IMG/VR virus record: IMGVR_UViG_3300033145_003233
Span: 372,001-436,000 of that record
Length of the DNA stretch: 64,000 nucleotides
Strand: one strand, 5' to 3'
A program made the position numbers and the translations under genes. Positions 9,558 to 18,786 of this stretch are shown here, in pieces. Under the pieces are notes generated by a model. It was not told the origin of the DNA, ran no database searches, and worked only from the letters and a program-made list of their open reading frames with translations. Every line of letters begins with the position of its first letter. Within the stretch, counting starts at the first letter, position 1.

Positions 9558-10038
9558 TTTCTAAATCTTTTAAAACAGTTCTAACTTTCATTATCGCCTC
9601 ACCCAACCAATTAGTTCCTCTCCAATTTTTAGAATCTAATATCTTCGAACTAGTAGCTCTTAACCCCACTCCCCAAATACAATCAGTAGGACTAGCTTCA
9701 ACGATAACTTTATCTCCACTATCCATCAATTGTTGTTTCAAATTGTCGTGTTGTGTAAACTTCGCATAATTAGCGTCAAAAACAACTTTTCTTGCTATCT
9801 TTTCCCATTTATTCTGATCAAAATTTTTAACTCGTCTACCCCAGGATTTTTGAGCAGCTGGATCAGAACTACTCATAATCTGACCAAGAGCATAATTATC
9901 ATCGAATAATTCTGCCTTCTTAATCATCATATATTGTTCGCATGTGCAGTATTTTATATTATCTATCACTATATCACATAAATGCCATTGTGAAAAAATC
10001 CCACCATAAAAGAAAATATATTTATCAGTAACTTTCAT
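9550..10038 (-). CDS. NADAR (YbiA-like) family protein
   Basis: FSQW, EQYMM..KA.LF.D, VEASPTDCIWGVG, WRGTNWLG. Confidence 0.93.
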   Translation of the reverse strand: MKVTDKYIFFYGGIFSQWHLCDIVIDNIKYCTCEQYMMIKKAELFDDNYALGQIMSSSDPAAQKSWGRRVKNFDQNKWEKIARKVVFDANYAKFTQHDNLKQQLMDSGDKVIVEASPTDCIWGVGLRATSSKILDSKNWRGTNWLGEAIMKVRTVLKDLENG

Positions 10039-10606
10039 CTAAAAACCCATTATTTTTTAAATTATTATACACATTTTTAATCCATGTTATAAAATCATTT
10101 TTAGACATAGTATCTTTGGACCTATTACACTTTTTACAACAAGGAACACAATTGCTTTCTTCATAACCAACATTATTATCTATTCTATCAATACCATTAT
10201 ATTTAAAATCTCCATAATAATTCTTAATCTCTCTATAATTACTTGGAGGGAAACCACAATAATAACAATTCTTATTTGTCACCTCTTTAAAAAACTCTTT
10301 AGATATGTTAAATTCAATATTTCTTCTTATAGCATTCTTTCTATATCCAGCATAAACAACTCCCATTACTCCATCACCACTATTTAAACGCTTATCACAA
10401 CCGCAACTTTTTATTTTTCCTTTTTCTAGAACATCAGATCGAACCCATATATTATTTCCACAAGAGCATTCACACAACCAGTAAGATCTACCATGTCCTG
10501 CCTTGCTTGTTCTTTCTTTGCTTTTTGAACTATGCCTTATTTCTCTTTTATCAGTAACACATAACAGATTTACTTGAATATTACTCAGATCTTTTATTTT
10601 CCCCAT
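10025..10606 (-). CDS. HNH homing endonuclease
   Basis: WLCECSCG, SCGC, CYYCG, NGIDRIDN..GY...NCVPCC..CN. Confidence 0.85.
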   Translation of the reverse strand: MGKIKDLSNIQVNLLCVTDKREIRHSSKSKERTSKAGHGRSYWLCECSCGNNIWVRSDVLEKGKIKSCGCDKRLNSGDGVMGVVYAGYRKNAIRRNIEFNISKEFFKEVTNKNCYYCGFPPSNYREIKNYYGDFKYNGIDRIDNNVGYEESNCVPCCKKCNRSKDTMSKNDFITWIKNVYNNLKNNGFLDESY

Positions 10607-10766
10607 TATTTCTTTCCTGTTTAGAATATTGAACCATATAATCCCTAATCACCTCTGATATGGTTTTATATTCATTTTTACAGGACTTCTTAAAAGACTT
10701 ATATAATGAAGGTTGAACCATAACCCTAATTTCTTCTGTTAATTTTTCTCCAGCATTCTTTTTCAT
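10581..10766 (-). CDS. RHH-like regulator
   Basis: IRVMVQPSLYKSFKKSC..EYKTISEVIRDYM; close paralog at 13635-13805. Confidence 0.7.
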   Translation of the reverse strand: MKKNAGEKLTEEIRVMVQPSLYKSFKKSCKNEYKTISEVIRDYMVQYSKQERNNGENKRSE

Positions 10767-10776
10767 TATATCTTAT

Positions 10777-10791
10777 TTCTGTATTACAGAA
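10777..10791. promoter_or_regulatory. Palindromic operator TTCTGTA-T-TACAGAA
   Basis: Identical palindrome precedes the paralogous RHH at 13825-13839. Confidence 0.65.
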
Positions 10792-10800
10792 CAAAATCCT

Positions 10801-11091
10801 TTATTTATTTTCTTCTATGATTACACTTAAATCATTATTCATTATTTTTCTAATTGATGGACTAGGGCACTCCTCAATTTTCTGCATAATCTTTACTGCT
10901 TGTTTATGCCACAAATCACTGATATAAGGACAACAAAATGCATCATGCAGATGCCCCCTACGAGACATCGCCTCCCCAAAACTAGTAGCACCATGCACTC
11001 TGCGCCTTACATCACAAATTGCCCCGCAAACATCGCATTTCTTTTCTGAAACAGAATCTGGTTCAGCACTAGAAGACCCATAGCCACTCAT
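10801..11091 (-). CDS. Hypothetical Cys/His-rich protein
   Basis: CDVCG..HDAFCCP. Confidence 0.65.
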   Translation of the reverse strand: MSGYGSSSAEPDSVSEKKCDVCGAICDVRRRVHGATSFGEAMSRRGHLHDAFCCPYISDLWHKQAVKIMQKIEECPSPSIRKIMNNDLSVIIEENK

Positions 11092-11092
11092 T

Positions 11093-11359
11093 CTATGCTC
11101 CGCTTTTTAATTTTTCCAGCTCATCTCCATTGACAGCACTAATACAGTTCTTTCCACCCTCGCCCTTCCATTGAAATACAAAATTATCATTTCCAGCCTG
11201 ACTATCTTGAGACATTATAATTCCATCTACTTTTTTGCCTCCTCTAGTCAACGTAACTCTCCTACCATGCAAACTAGGTGGAGCGATAATAACTGTGCCA
11301 ACCGGCTTAGCCTCTTCAGCAACTACTTTTTTCTTTTTTTTCTTGGCTTGTTTTGCCAT
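11093..11359 (-). CDS. Hypothetical protein
   Basis: ORF with GGAG SD. Confidence 0.65.
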   Translation of the reverse strand: MAKQAKKKKKKVVAEEAKPVGTVIIAPPSLHGRRVTLTRGGKKVDGIIMSQDSQAGNDNFVFQWKGEGGKNCISAVNGDELEKLKSGA

Positions 11360-11384
11360 TTTTTTCTCCCTTTAACTTTAAATA

Positions 11385-11945
11385 TTACTTAATTTCTTTT
11401 TTATCTATATCTAATATTTCAAAACGATCTTTTATTCCACCCTCTGCCCTTCTCTCTCTCTCCTTTTCTACATAATACTTTATCTCCCCCTGAGTGATAA
11501 GAAACCTATCATTCACCACGACCCCCATATCTAAATCATCAACATGTCTACCAATAAAATTTTTAGAAAATTCTTGATGACGAGAAACTACTTCCCAATC
11601 TATCTTATCGTGATATTGATCCATAAAAGATTCTGACAACTTTTGTTTAACACACACAATATCCCAACAATGGATATAAGTCGCAAAAACCCCTAAAAAC
11701 TCATTAGATACCTTATTCTCGGCAAGAAGTACTCTCCAATTAATTTTAACAGGAAATCGTAAAAGAGAACATTTTAAATTATATTGAGTTATATAATGCT
11801 CAACAGATTTTTGAACTGTCCTGCTATAAGCTATAGAATCATCAGGATGCCTCCCGACTACAACCCTACTAGAGTCATTACAATTAGTGCCGTGACGATT
11901 GTTCCCATTAGGGTTATTCCTAATTATTGGACCTTTTTTAGCCAT
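11385..11945 (-). CDS. Tryptophan-repeat-like protein with near-terminal RFEILDI tag
   Basis: Repeats W..V...Q.LSE.F; ends DRFEILDIDKKEIK. Confidence 0.6.
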   Translation of the reverse strand: MAKKGPIIRNNPNGNNRHGTNCNDSSRVVVGRHPDDSIAYSRTVQKSVEHYITQYNLKCSLLRFPVKINWRVLLAENKVSNEFLGVFATYIHCWDIVCVKQKLSESFMDQYHDKIDWEVVSRHQEFSKNFIGRHVDDLDMGVVVNDRFLITQGEIKYYVEKERERRAEGGIKDRFEILDIDKKEIK

Positions 11946-11947
11946 TT

Positions 11948-12778
11948 TTAAAACTCGAATATCTGTCCTTCTTTAACAAAACCAGCAAATCCATCTGCTA
12001 CAGCATCAGGCATTACACCATACCTTTTGCTACCTTCCTCATCAAATTTAGATAAATCTGTATAATGATAAAGCCATATATCTTTTTTACGATCAGAAGG
12101 CATCCTTTTTAATATATCATAATTACAATGAATACCACCCGAATTAAGGGTGTCAGCATCTTGAAAAACTAAATCTATTTCCTCATCCCAAATCTCGTCA
12201 GGAGGACAAGACACAGTATCAGAAGAGATATATAATCTTTTCTTGTATTTATCTAAACCCTTACGATGATGATAAATTATCGACAAGCCATAACTATACA
12301 TATCTCCCACAAAAGAATCTACATGAAGATTCTTAACGAGATTACACTCCATTGTCGTAAACCAAAAATCAAGATGTCTATCATAAACTATATGAAGATT
12401 AAAATAAGTTTCAAGAGTCTCAAATCTAGTTCCCTTATGTTGCCTGTTCATGGCCGGTGATAACATCTGCCATAAACTATCAACCAAAGACTCATGAATA
12501 TAAAGATATATCTTACGTTTTAAAACGAAATAATTATAATAAGCCAACCAGCTCAAACCACCCATATGATCATAATGCAAATGACTAATATAAACGCCAT
12601 CTATTTCTTCTACTTTTCTATTCGCATTCTTCAGAGATTGACTGATATCCTCCCCACAATCAATCAATAAGGTATATTTGTCCCTCTTAGCTTCTGTCGC
12701 CGGAATATCTATCAACATATTAGAATTAAATCCTTCTGACAAAGCACCTGAGACACCTAAAAACGTTAATTTTGACAC
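11948..12778 (-). CDS. MBL-fold metallo-hydrolase, Apyc1 (anti-Pycsar)-like
   Basis: LLIDCG, ISHLHYDH (HxHxDH), SSDT, FQD, IH..Y..L..MP....IWLYHY. Confidence 0.75.
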   Translation of the reverse strand: MSKLTFLGVSGALSEGFNSNMLIDIPATEAKRDKYTLLIDCGEDISQSLKNANRKVEEIDGVYISHLHYDHMGGLSWLAYYNYFVLKRKIYLYIHESLVDSLWQMLSPAMNRQHKGTRFETLETYFNLHIVYDRHLDFWFTTMECNLVKNLHVDSFVGDMYSYGLSIIYHHRKGLDKYKKRLYISSDTVSCPPDEIWDEEIDLVFQDADTLNSGGIHCNYDILKRMPSDRKKDIWLYHYTDLSKFDEEGSKRYGVMPDAVADGFAGFVKEGQIFEF

Positions 12779-12841
12779 AATTATACCCTTTATACTAAAA
12801 TCTTAATATTCTTTATATCCGCTAATTTCTCTATTAATATA

Positions 12842-13657
12842 CTAACATAAAATTTCATTTTTGTCAAGATTATAATAAACTTTTTTTATCCATTCTATAA
12901 ATTCTCTTTTGGACATTATATCCTTTGCCCTATTACATATAGAACAACAAGGGACACAATTATCCAATTCATAGCCTTTTAAATTAACGACCCTATCTAT
13001 ACCGTTATAATGAAAACCTCCATTATTATTAGGAGCTGGATTATAATTAGATAAATCAGACCCACAATAAGAACAATTTTTCTGAGTAATTTCTTTAAAT
13101 TCTTCTTTATTTAATCTAAAAACTATTCCTTTTCTATTGGCCCTATTTCTATACTGAGAATAAATAGCATTAAAAGCTGCTTCTCCTTTTTTCTTACTGT
13201 TTACTTCTGATGCTCTTTCTTTTGCCAAACATCCACAACTCCTTGTACGCTTCTTACCAGAAACAAGAGAAGCCATTTGAATCCATTTTTCATCACCACA
13301 ATCACATTTACACAACCATTTTGTAACAAATCTTTTACCTGATTTAAACCTTTTGTGACTTGAAGTAACTACTAATTTGCCAAATCTTTTACCGCTTAAA
13401 TCAATTAAATCTTTTTTACCACTAATTTTATTTGCTCTATTCTTCATTAAAATAGAGTTATTTTCTTTTCTATAACAACCGCAACTCACATAAGAGCCAG
13501 AAGTGATAGAAGATCCTCTAATCCATTTCTTATTTCCGCAATCGCAAATACATAACCAATACGCTTTCTTGCTGTTATACTCTCTTCTCAATTCATATTC
13601 AGAAGACACAGCCAATCTCCCGAACTTTTGCCCCTCAAGATTTTTTACTTTTCCCAT
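12842..13657 (-). CDS. HNH homing endonuclease
   Basis: Two G.KFG.L.V..WLC.CDCG..SCGC modules plus NGIDR...NCVPCC..CN. Confidence 0.85.
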   Translation of the reverse strand: MGKVKNLEGQKFGRLAVSSEYELRREYNSKKAYWLCICDCGNKKWIRGSSITSGSYVSCGCYRKENNSILMKNRANKISGKKDLIDLSGKRFGKLVVTSSHKRFKSGKRFVTKWLCKCDCGDEKWIQMASLVSGKKRTRSCGCLAKERASEVNSKKKGEAAFNAIYSQYRNRANRKGIVFRLNKEEFKEITQKNCSYCGSDLSNYNPAPNNNGGFHYNGIDRVVNLKGYELDNCVPCCSICNRAKDIMSKREFIEWIKKVYYNLDKNEILC

Positions 13658-13805
13658 TATCCTTCTCCTGTTTAGAATATTGAACCATATAGTCCCTAAT
13701 TACTTCTGATATGGTTTTATAATCATCATTACAGGCATTTTTAAAAGACTTATATAATGAAGGATAAACCATAACTCTAATTTCTTCTGTCATTTTTTCT
13801 TTCAT
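13635..13805 (-). CDS. RHH-like regulator, not in ORF track
   Basis: MKEKMTEEIRVMVYPSLYKSFKNACNDDYKTISEVIRDYMVQYSKQE...; GGAG SD. Confidence 0.7.
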   Translation of the reverse strand: MKEKMTEEIRVMVYPSLYKSFKNACNDDYKTISEVIRDYMVQYSKQEKDNGKSKKS

Positions 13806-13824
13806 ATCTTCTCCATTATATTAT

Positions 13825-13839
13825 TTCTGTATTACAGAA
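13825..13839. promoter_or_regulatory. Palindromic operator TTCTGTA-T-TACAGAA
   Basis: Second copy of the 10777-10791 palindrome. Confidence 0.65.
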
Positions 13840-13874
13840 TAAAATCCTTTATTTTATATAAAATAATTAATCTA

Positions 13875-14789
13875 TTATCTATATACTAGATGACCGTCAA
13901 TTCCCAATTTGGCTTTTTTACTTTTGTCAAAAAGTCTGGGAACCAACTTTGGATTTTCCTCACTCCCTATATTTTTATATTCATCCTTATTGTAGATAAA
14001 ATTTTCCTTTACATTTGGTGAAAATGGATTTACATCTTCATCAACCAGACTTTTTATCCCCTCCGCCTTGGCCATACTCTCTATAAGATTAAAATCATAT
14101 TTCTTATCTATTTGAAGATTTTGAATCCCTATAGTTTCATAAACCATATGATTGTCACTTATTCTACATCCTGTTTTTAATAAAACTTTAGAATCAACCA
14201 CATAAATACTCCCATTATCGTGCATCAAAAATTTCGAATTCTCCTCATCTTCAAAAATTTCTTGCCTCATTGGACGTTTACAACAATCTTCTCCAGTTAT
14301 ATATTCCCATTTGTTATTTATTTTTTGCCAAAAAAAAGGAGTATATTTTTGAGCAGTAAAAAGACTCTTATAGTTTCCATTGCTATATTTCTCCAAACAC
14401 TTATCAAGCAATCTTTTAAAACGGCAAGGAGAGGTAGGCTGAAGATTTACTATAATTTTAAATTGCTCTCCACTTTTTTCTCTGAGATAATCCATAGAAT
14501 GTATTAATGCTTCTTCATTTTTAGACAAATCTCCTGATATTTTTTTGGGCCTCAGAATAAAAAGCAATCTGGGTTCTTCCTTTTCAGTCTTATACTTTTC
14601 AACTATTTGTTTTATCTGTAAACAATCGCTCGAAACAACAACTTTATCTACATACTTAGATTGCAAACCCGCGTCTACGCTCCATATAAACAAGGGCTTT
14701 CCTAATAATTCTCTATAGTTTTTACCATGAATTCCCTTGGACCCAGCTCTTGCTGTGATTACACACAATATTTTTTTATTTTTTATCAA
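13875..14789 (-). CDS. neuA: Acylneuraminate cytidylyltransferase (CMP-nonulosonate synthetase)
   Basis: ITARAGSKGIHGKN, LQPTSP.R, RQ, NGSIY motifs. Confidence 0.92.
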   Translation of the reverse strand: MIKNKKILCVITARAGSKGIHGKNYRELLGKPLFIWSVDAGLQSKYVDKVVVSSDCLQIKQIVEKYKTEKEEPRLLFILRPKKISGDLSKNEEALIHSMDYLREKSGEQFKIIVNLQPTSPCRFKRLLDKCLEKYSNGNYKSLFTAQKYTPFFWQKINNKWEYITGEDCCKRPMRQEIFEDEENSKFLMHDNGSIYVVDSKVLLKTGCRISDNHMVYETIGIQNLQIDKKYDFNLIESMAKAEGIKSLVDEDVNPFSPNVKENFIYNKDEYKNIGSEENPKLVPRLFDKSKKAKLGIDGHLVYR

Positions 14790-15435
14790 TTTTCTTCTTT
14801 GTCTTCCTTACATCTTTCTTTACTGCTTTTTTCTTAGCTTTCTTTACCGCTTTTTTCTTAGCTTTCTTTACTGCTTTTTTCTTAGCTTTCTTATTTTTAA
14901 TAACCTGGATTATAGCCTTACCAGCATCAGAACTGTTACATGTAGGGGATATAGGATCATCATTAGGATCATCATAATTATTTTTTATCAATTTCTCTAT
15001 CATGTCTTTTTTTTGTTCATCTTCCAATCCCTCTGTTAAATCAATTTTTATCATTTCATCCATCACAGGATTGGACCTCAAATGAACAGATTCAGCATTA
15101 GAAACAACCGGAGATGCGTTACGCATTATTGTCTTTTTAATATCTATCACCTTCGCCTCTTCCCCATATTGCTGAACAATCTCCTCCCCCTGCTCTTCAA
15201 TGAACTTACCCATAACGTTGTCACAAAATTCAACATATTCTTCATCATCTTGATAAACTCCAGAATATACTCCTCTTGTTATTTTAGATACAAATTGCAA
15301 CCTTTTTACAATCCCGCCTTTTATTTTTCCGCCTTTTTTCATATTAGCCATCATAACATTAGTCACAACTCTTCCCTCCATTACTATAGGACCAGTTGCC
15401 ATTTCTTGATTATTTGATTCATTTTCTTCTTTCAT
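14776..15435 (-). CDS. Hypothetical protein with histone H1-like Lys/Ala tail
   Basis: C-terminal (KKKAVKKA)n. Confidence 0.65.
   Translation of the reverse strand: MKEENESNNQEMATGPIVMEGRVVTNVMMANMKKGGKIKGGIVKRLQFVSKITRGVYSGVYQDDEEYVEFCDNVMGKFIEEQGEEIVQQYGEEAKVIDIKKTIMRNASPVVSNAESVHLRSNPVMDEMIKIDLTEGLEDEQKKDMIEKLIKNNYDDPNDDPISPTCNSSDAGKAIIQVIKNKKAKKKAVKKAKKKAVKKAKKKAVKKDVRKTKKKIDKK
14815..14886. repeat. Three 24-bp tandem repeats encoding AKKKAVKK
   Basis: TTTCTTTAC(T/C)GCTTTTTTCTTAGC x3. Confidence 0.9.
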
Positions 15436-16154
15436 TTCTTTTCTCCATACTTATCTAATATCTCATTTATATTCATTTTAGGAAAGCACTTTAAAGCACT
15501 TTCTGACGCATCTATTATATCAACGGTTTCTCCCAAAATGTCTTTATTAACTTTAGCAAAAGTATTCCAATAATTTACAAAGGCCTTTTGATCGAAACCT
15601 ATAGATTGTGTTCTTTTGTTAAATTTAGTCCCTGCTATCCTCTGAGCTTTATTCTCTCCCTTATATTGCCAGAAATATCTTTTACCACTTTTAAACTTGC
15701 AATCATTACCCAATAAAACAATAGGATTACATCCCATTATATATGCCAGATGGACAGCAGATCCCATAGATGTCCTTGCCCCTATAATAGGTTCACTATC
15801 TCTAAGCAATAAACCTTTCATATTAAAATGTCTTTCTTTGGGAGAATACCACCATGTGTGAGAAAATAAACAAACATAATCTAGGTGACTACAATGATCT
15901 TTTAATTTATCTCTATACAAAAATTTAACACAATCTAAAGTAGGCAACAACTCCGTATAATAGTCCCAATTTTTTACTCCTATATCATCAGATACAAAAG
16001 CATAGCAATTAGGATATTTAACTATTCCTGAATTAACTGCTATAATGACATGATCTTTAATTAAATCTATATCAACATCATGAAGAGAAGGTCCACCACC
16101 TAATAAAAAAGCTATCCTTCCCTTATATTTATCTTTAAAATCACTTACCTTCAT
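15432..16154 (-). CDS. DUF115/MptE-like (Maf-type glycosyltransferase-like) protein
   Basis: AFLLGGGPSL, IIAVN, HLAYIMGCNPIVLLGND. Confidence 0.75.
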   Translation of the reverse strand: MKVSDFKDKYKGRIAFLLGGGPSLHDVDIDLIKDHVIIAVNSGIVKYPNCYAFVSDDIGVKNWDYYTELLPTLDCVKFLYRDKLKDHCSHLDYVCLFSHTWWYSPKERHFNMKGLLLRDSEPIIGARTSMGSAVHLAYIMGCNPIVLLGNDCKFKSGKRYFWQYKGENKAQRIAGTKFNKRTQSIGFDQKAFVNYWNTFAKVNKDILGETVDIIDASESALKCFPKMNINEILDKYGEKK

Positions 16155-17320
16155 AAAATCTCAATCTCTTCTTTTAATTTAATAATTGATTTTTCGATGT
16201 TCTCATCATATCTAATTCTGTAAAGAATAATTCCCTTCTCTTTACAAAACATAGCATCAAGTTTATCTACAATTTGTTGTCTTTTAAATTGTTTCTGAGC
16301 TTTTTTGATAGATATCCCATTAAAACTCACTGGCTTAAAATGTTGTTCTCCATCATATTCTACAATCATTTTTATGTCTTTTTTCTCCAACCAAAAATCA
16401 CAATATCTCTTATGATGATAATGCCTATATCTATCCCATATCCTCTTATTAGGAACAATTTTCCAATCATCAAAATATTCTAATAAAAATTCTTTAACTT
16501 TCCCTTCTTTCTTATATCTGCAATGGGGGCAGCCGTGATCTCTTAAATGATTATTTGCGGTTGTCTCGTAATCACCATGTTTAGGACACGTAACAATGAC
16601 TTTGTGGTAATGTGTTATATATCTTGTCTTAGAATAATCATATTTATTCTTATGCACCTGACTAGCTTTTTCTACGAATTCTTCCTGAGTTAATCTTCTC
16701 TCTTTGCTTTTCCTTGCTTGCTCTATTTTACCGCAATCAGGACAACCCTTTCCTTTTAAATGATTATCTGGTGTTTGCTTAAATATGCCATGAATTTTAC
16801 AACCAATATCGATATATTTATGAAAACCATCGTAATGCATTCTACTGTAATCATACCTATCACCATGAATTTGAGACACTTCTTTAATAAATTTTTTCTC
16901 ACTTCTCTCTATTCTAGGTAATTGATTCTTTATTAAACCACAGTCTGGACATCCCTGACCATATAAATGAGCATATGGAACTTGTTTGAATTCTCCATGA
17001 ATTTTACAAATAATTACTACTTTTTTGTTACTACTTTTATATTCTACTCTAGAATAATCGTATTCGTCACCATGCATCTTTTTTGCATTTTCTATAAAAT
17101 ATTTTGTTGTGCTTGCCGCTGTTCTTGCGCAATGACCACAACCTCCACCATTTAGATGGTAAAATGCCCGTTGATAAAAAAAATACCCATGTTTATTACA
17201 ATATATTTTTACCTTATCTCTAGCTCTTACATATTCTGCTTCTCTGTAATCATACTTATCACCGTGGACAGCTTTAGATTTTCTTATAAACTCTTTTGTA
17301 GTTAATCTTTTATTTGGCAT
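16151..17320 (-). CDS. Homing endonuclease with DUF723-like repeats and Vsr/DUF559-like nuclease
   Basis: Four HG..YDYS...C..HG.F...H..G.GCP.C repeats; CDFWL..IVEYDGEQH. Confidence 0.8.
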   Translation of the reverse strand: MPNKRLTTKEFIRKSKAVHGDKYDYREAEYVRARDKVKIYCNKHGYFFYQRAFYHLNGGGCGHCARTAASTTKYFIENAKKMHGDEYDYSRVEYKSSNKKVVIICKIHGEFKQVPYAHLYGQGCPDCGLIKNQLPRIERSEKKFIKEVSQIHGDRYDYSRMHYDGFHKYIDIGCKIHGIFKQTPDNHLKGKGCPDCGKIEQARKSKERRLTQEEFVEKASQVHKNKYDYSKTRYITHYHKVIVTCPKHGDYETTANNHLRDHGCPHCRYKKEGKVKEFLLEYFDDWKIVPNKRIWDRYRHYHHKRYCDFWLEKKDIKMIVEYDGEQHFKPVSFNGISIKKAQKQFKRQQIVDKLDAMFCKEKGIILYRIRYDENIEKSIIKLKEEIEIL

Positions 17321-17607
17321 TATTCCCCCATAGGATATTGCTTCAAGGCAGCTTCAGTTATAAATCTCTGATAAGGAACATCTTTTTTGGTTCTCACAGA
17401 TTGTTTTCTTGCCAGTTGCTTAAAATGCTCTAATTCTTCTGGCAACATTCTCATAGAAAAAACAACAGTATCAGGACTTCTATGTTTTTGGATATTTAAA
17501 TCAACCAACCCATTCTCATCCACATCCTCGTCCTTTACTGTAACATCTAAATCTATAGGGGGTGCAGAAGTGTCTAATATCTCATCTTTTTTCTTTTTCT
17601 TTGCCAT
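17320..17607 (-). CDS. CopG/RHH-like protein
   Basis: VFSMRM..EELEHFKQLA....VPYQRFI; TAATG-type overlap with endonuclease. Confidence 0.55.
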   Translation of the reverse strand: MAKKKKKDEILDTSAPPIDLDVTVKDEDVDENGLVDLNIQKHRSPDTVVFSMRMLPEELEHFKQLARKQSVRTKKDVPYQRFITEAALKQYPMGE

Positions 17608-17695
17608 TTTTTCTCCATAAATAATAAGATTGTAATTCTGTAAGAAATATTCTCATATTACTTTCAAATTTCCTTCTTTTATTTTTCCACGGCGA

Positions 17696-18067
17696 TTATG
17701 GGACTGGAATATTGCGCCTGCTTGCCCCCGTATCTTCTAAATGATATTTATATTTTTTTGCTAATCTCTTTAATTCTTCCTTCTCTTTTTTCTCTTCCTT
17801 AACTGTCCATTCTTCATTCGCCTTGTCAAACTCTATCTTTTTAGCAATTCTTCCCTTACGCTCTGTATCATCTTCTTTTCTGTTACCATACAAACGAAGA
17901 CAATAGTGATCTTCTCCGTCAGTATCTAATATGAGAGAAAGTCTATAGTATTCTTCCTCATACTTTAATTTTAACTTTATTAGAATTTCAATCTCATCCC
18001 CTATCGTTTCTCCATGGATGGGAACAGTATCTACCATCTCAAAAATTTCTTCTCTATCTTCACTCAT
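17696..18067 (-). CDS. Hypothetical protein
   Basis: Packed ORF. Confidence 0.6.
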   Translation of the reverse strand: MSEDREEIFEMVDTVPIHGETIGDEIEILIKLKLKYEEEYYRLSLILDTDGEDHYCLRLYGNRKEDDTERKGRIAKKIEFDKANEEWTVKEEKKEKEELKRLAKKYKYHLEDTGASRRNIPVP

Positions 18068-18782
18068 CTTTATCCCCTTTCTCTATTATTATTTTAGCTT
18101 GATCAAAATTTATCTTATCAAATGCTTTTACCGAACTTGTCGGGCTACAACTATATATCTCTACTTTCTTACTAATAGCCCAACTCTCTAAAGCAGCATA
18201 TGCTAAATTACTTATTTCAAATACTTTCTCTTGCCCTTTATATGGTTGTTGAGCTGGCCTATTCTGAGTAGGCCAATCTTTCTTGTCCCATAATAATTGC
18301 CAATAATGGGTGGCATCTCCACATCTATTATGATCTAATCCAAAAACGAATATTCTTTTACACCCCATCTGAATAGCCAAATCAATCCCGCTAGGGACAC
18401 TAGAACAATATGCTAAACCCTCATCATCAGAATCAATAATACCCTCACTCGTTGGTCTGGGTTTGAAGAATAAAAAACCAGGAAGCTCATCTTTATATTT
18501 TAACCAACTATCTCTTACTATTTTTGTGCATTTGGAATTTAGAACTTTCTCCCACCAAGACCATCTCCTACAAAGAGAATCATTAGAAATGAAATATCTT
18601 TTATCCGGATCTCCTTCTTCCCAGTGAGTAACCATAATACTAGAATTGATAGATATGACAACATGATTAAAAATCTCAGGAAAAGAATAACTAACACATA
18701 AATCATATAAAGAAGTACCTGCTCCTAAAACAAAAGCATTCTCTCCTTCATGCTTCCCTATTAAAGATGTATAAGTATTCAT
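18060..18782 (-). CDS. DUF115/MptE-like (Maf-type glycosyltransferase-like) protein
   Basis: AFVLGAGTSL, ISIN, LAIQMGCKRIFVFGLD; paralog of 15432-16154. Confidence 0.75.
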   Translation of the reverse strand: MNTYTSLIGKHEGENAFVLGAGTSLYDLCVSYSFPEIFNHVVISINSSIMVTHWEEGDPDKRYFISNDSLCRRWSWWEKVLNSKCTKIVRDSWLKYKDELPGFLFFKPRPTSEGIIDSDDEGLAYCSSVPSGIDLAIQMGCKRIFVFGLDHNRCGDATHYWQLLWDKKDWPTQNRPAQQPYKGQEKVFEISNLAYAALESWAISKKVEIYSCSPTSSVKAFDKINFDQAKIIIEKGDKDE

Positions 18783-18786
18783 AAGT

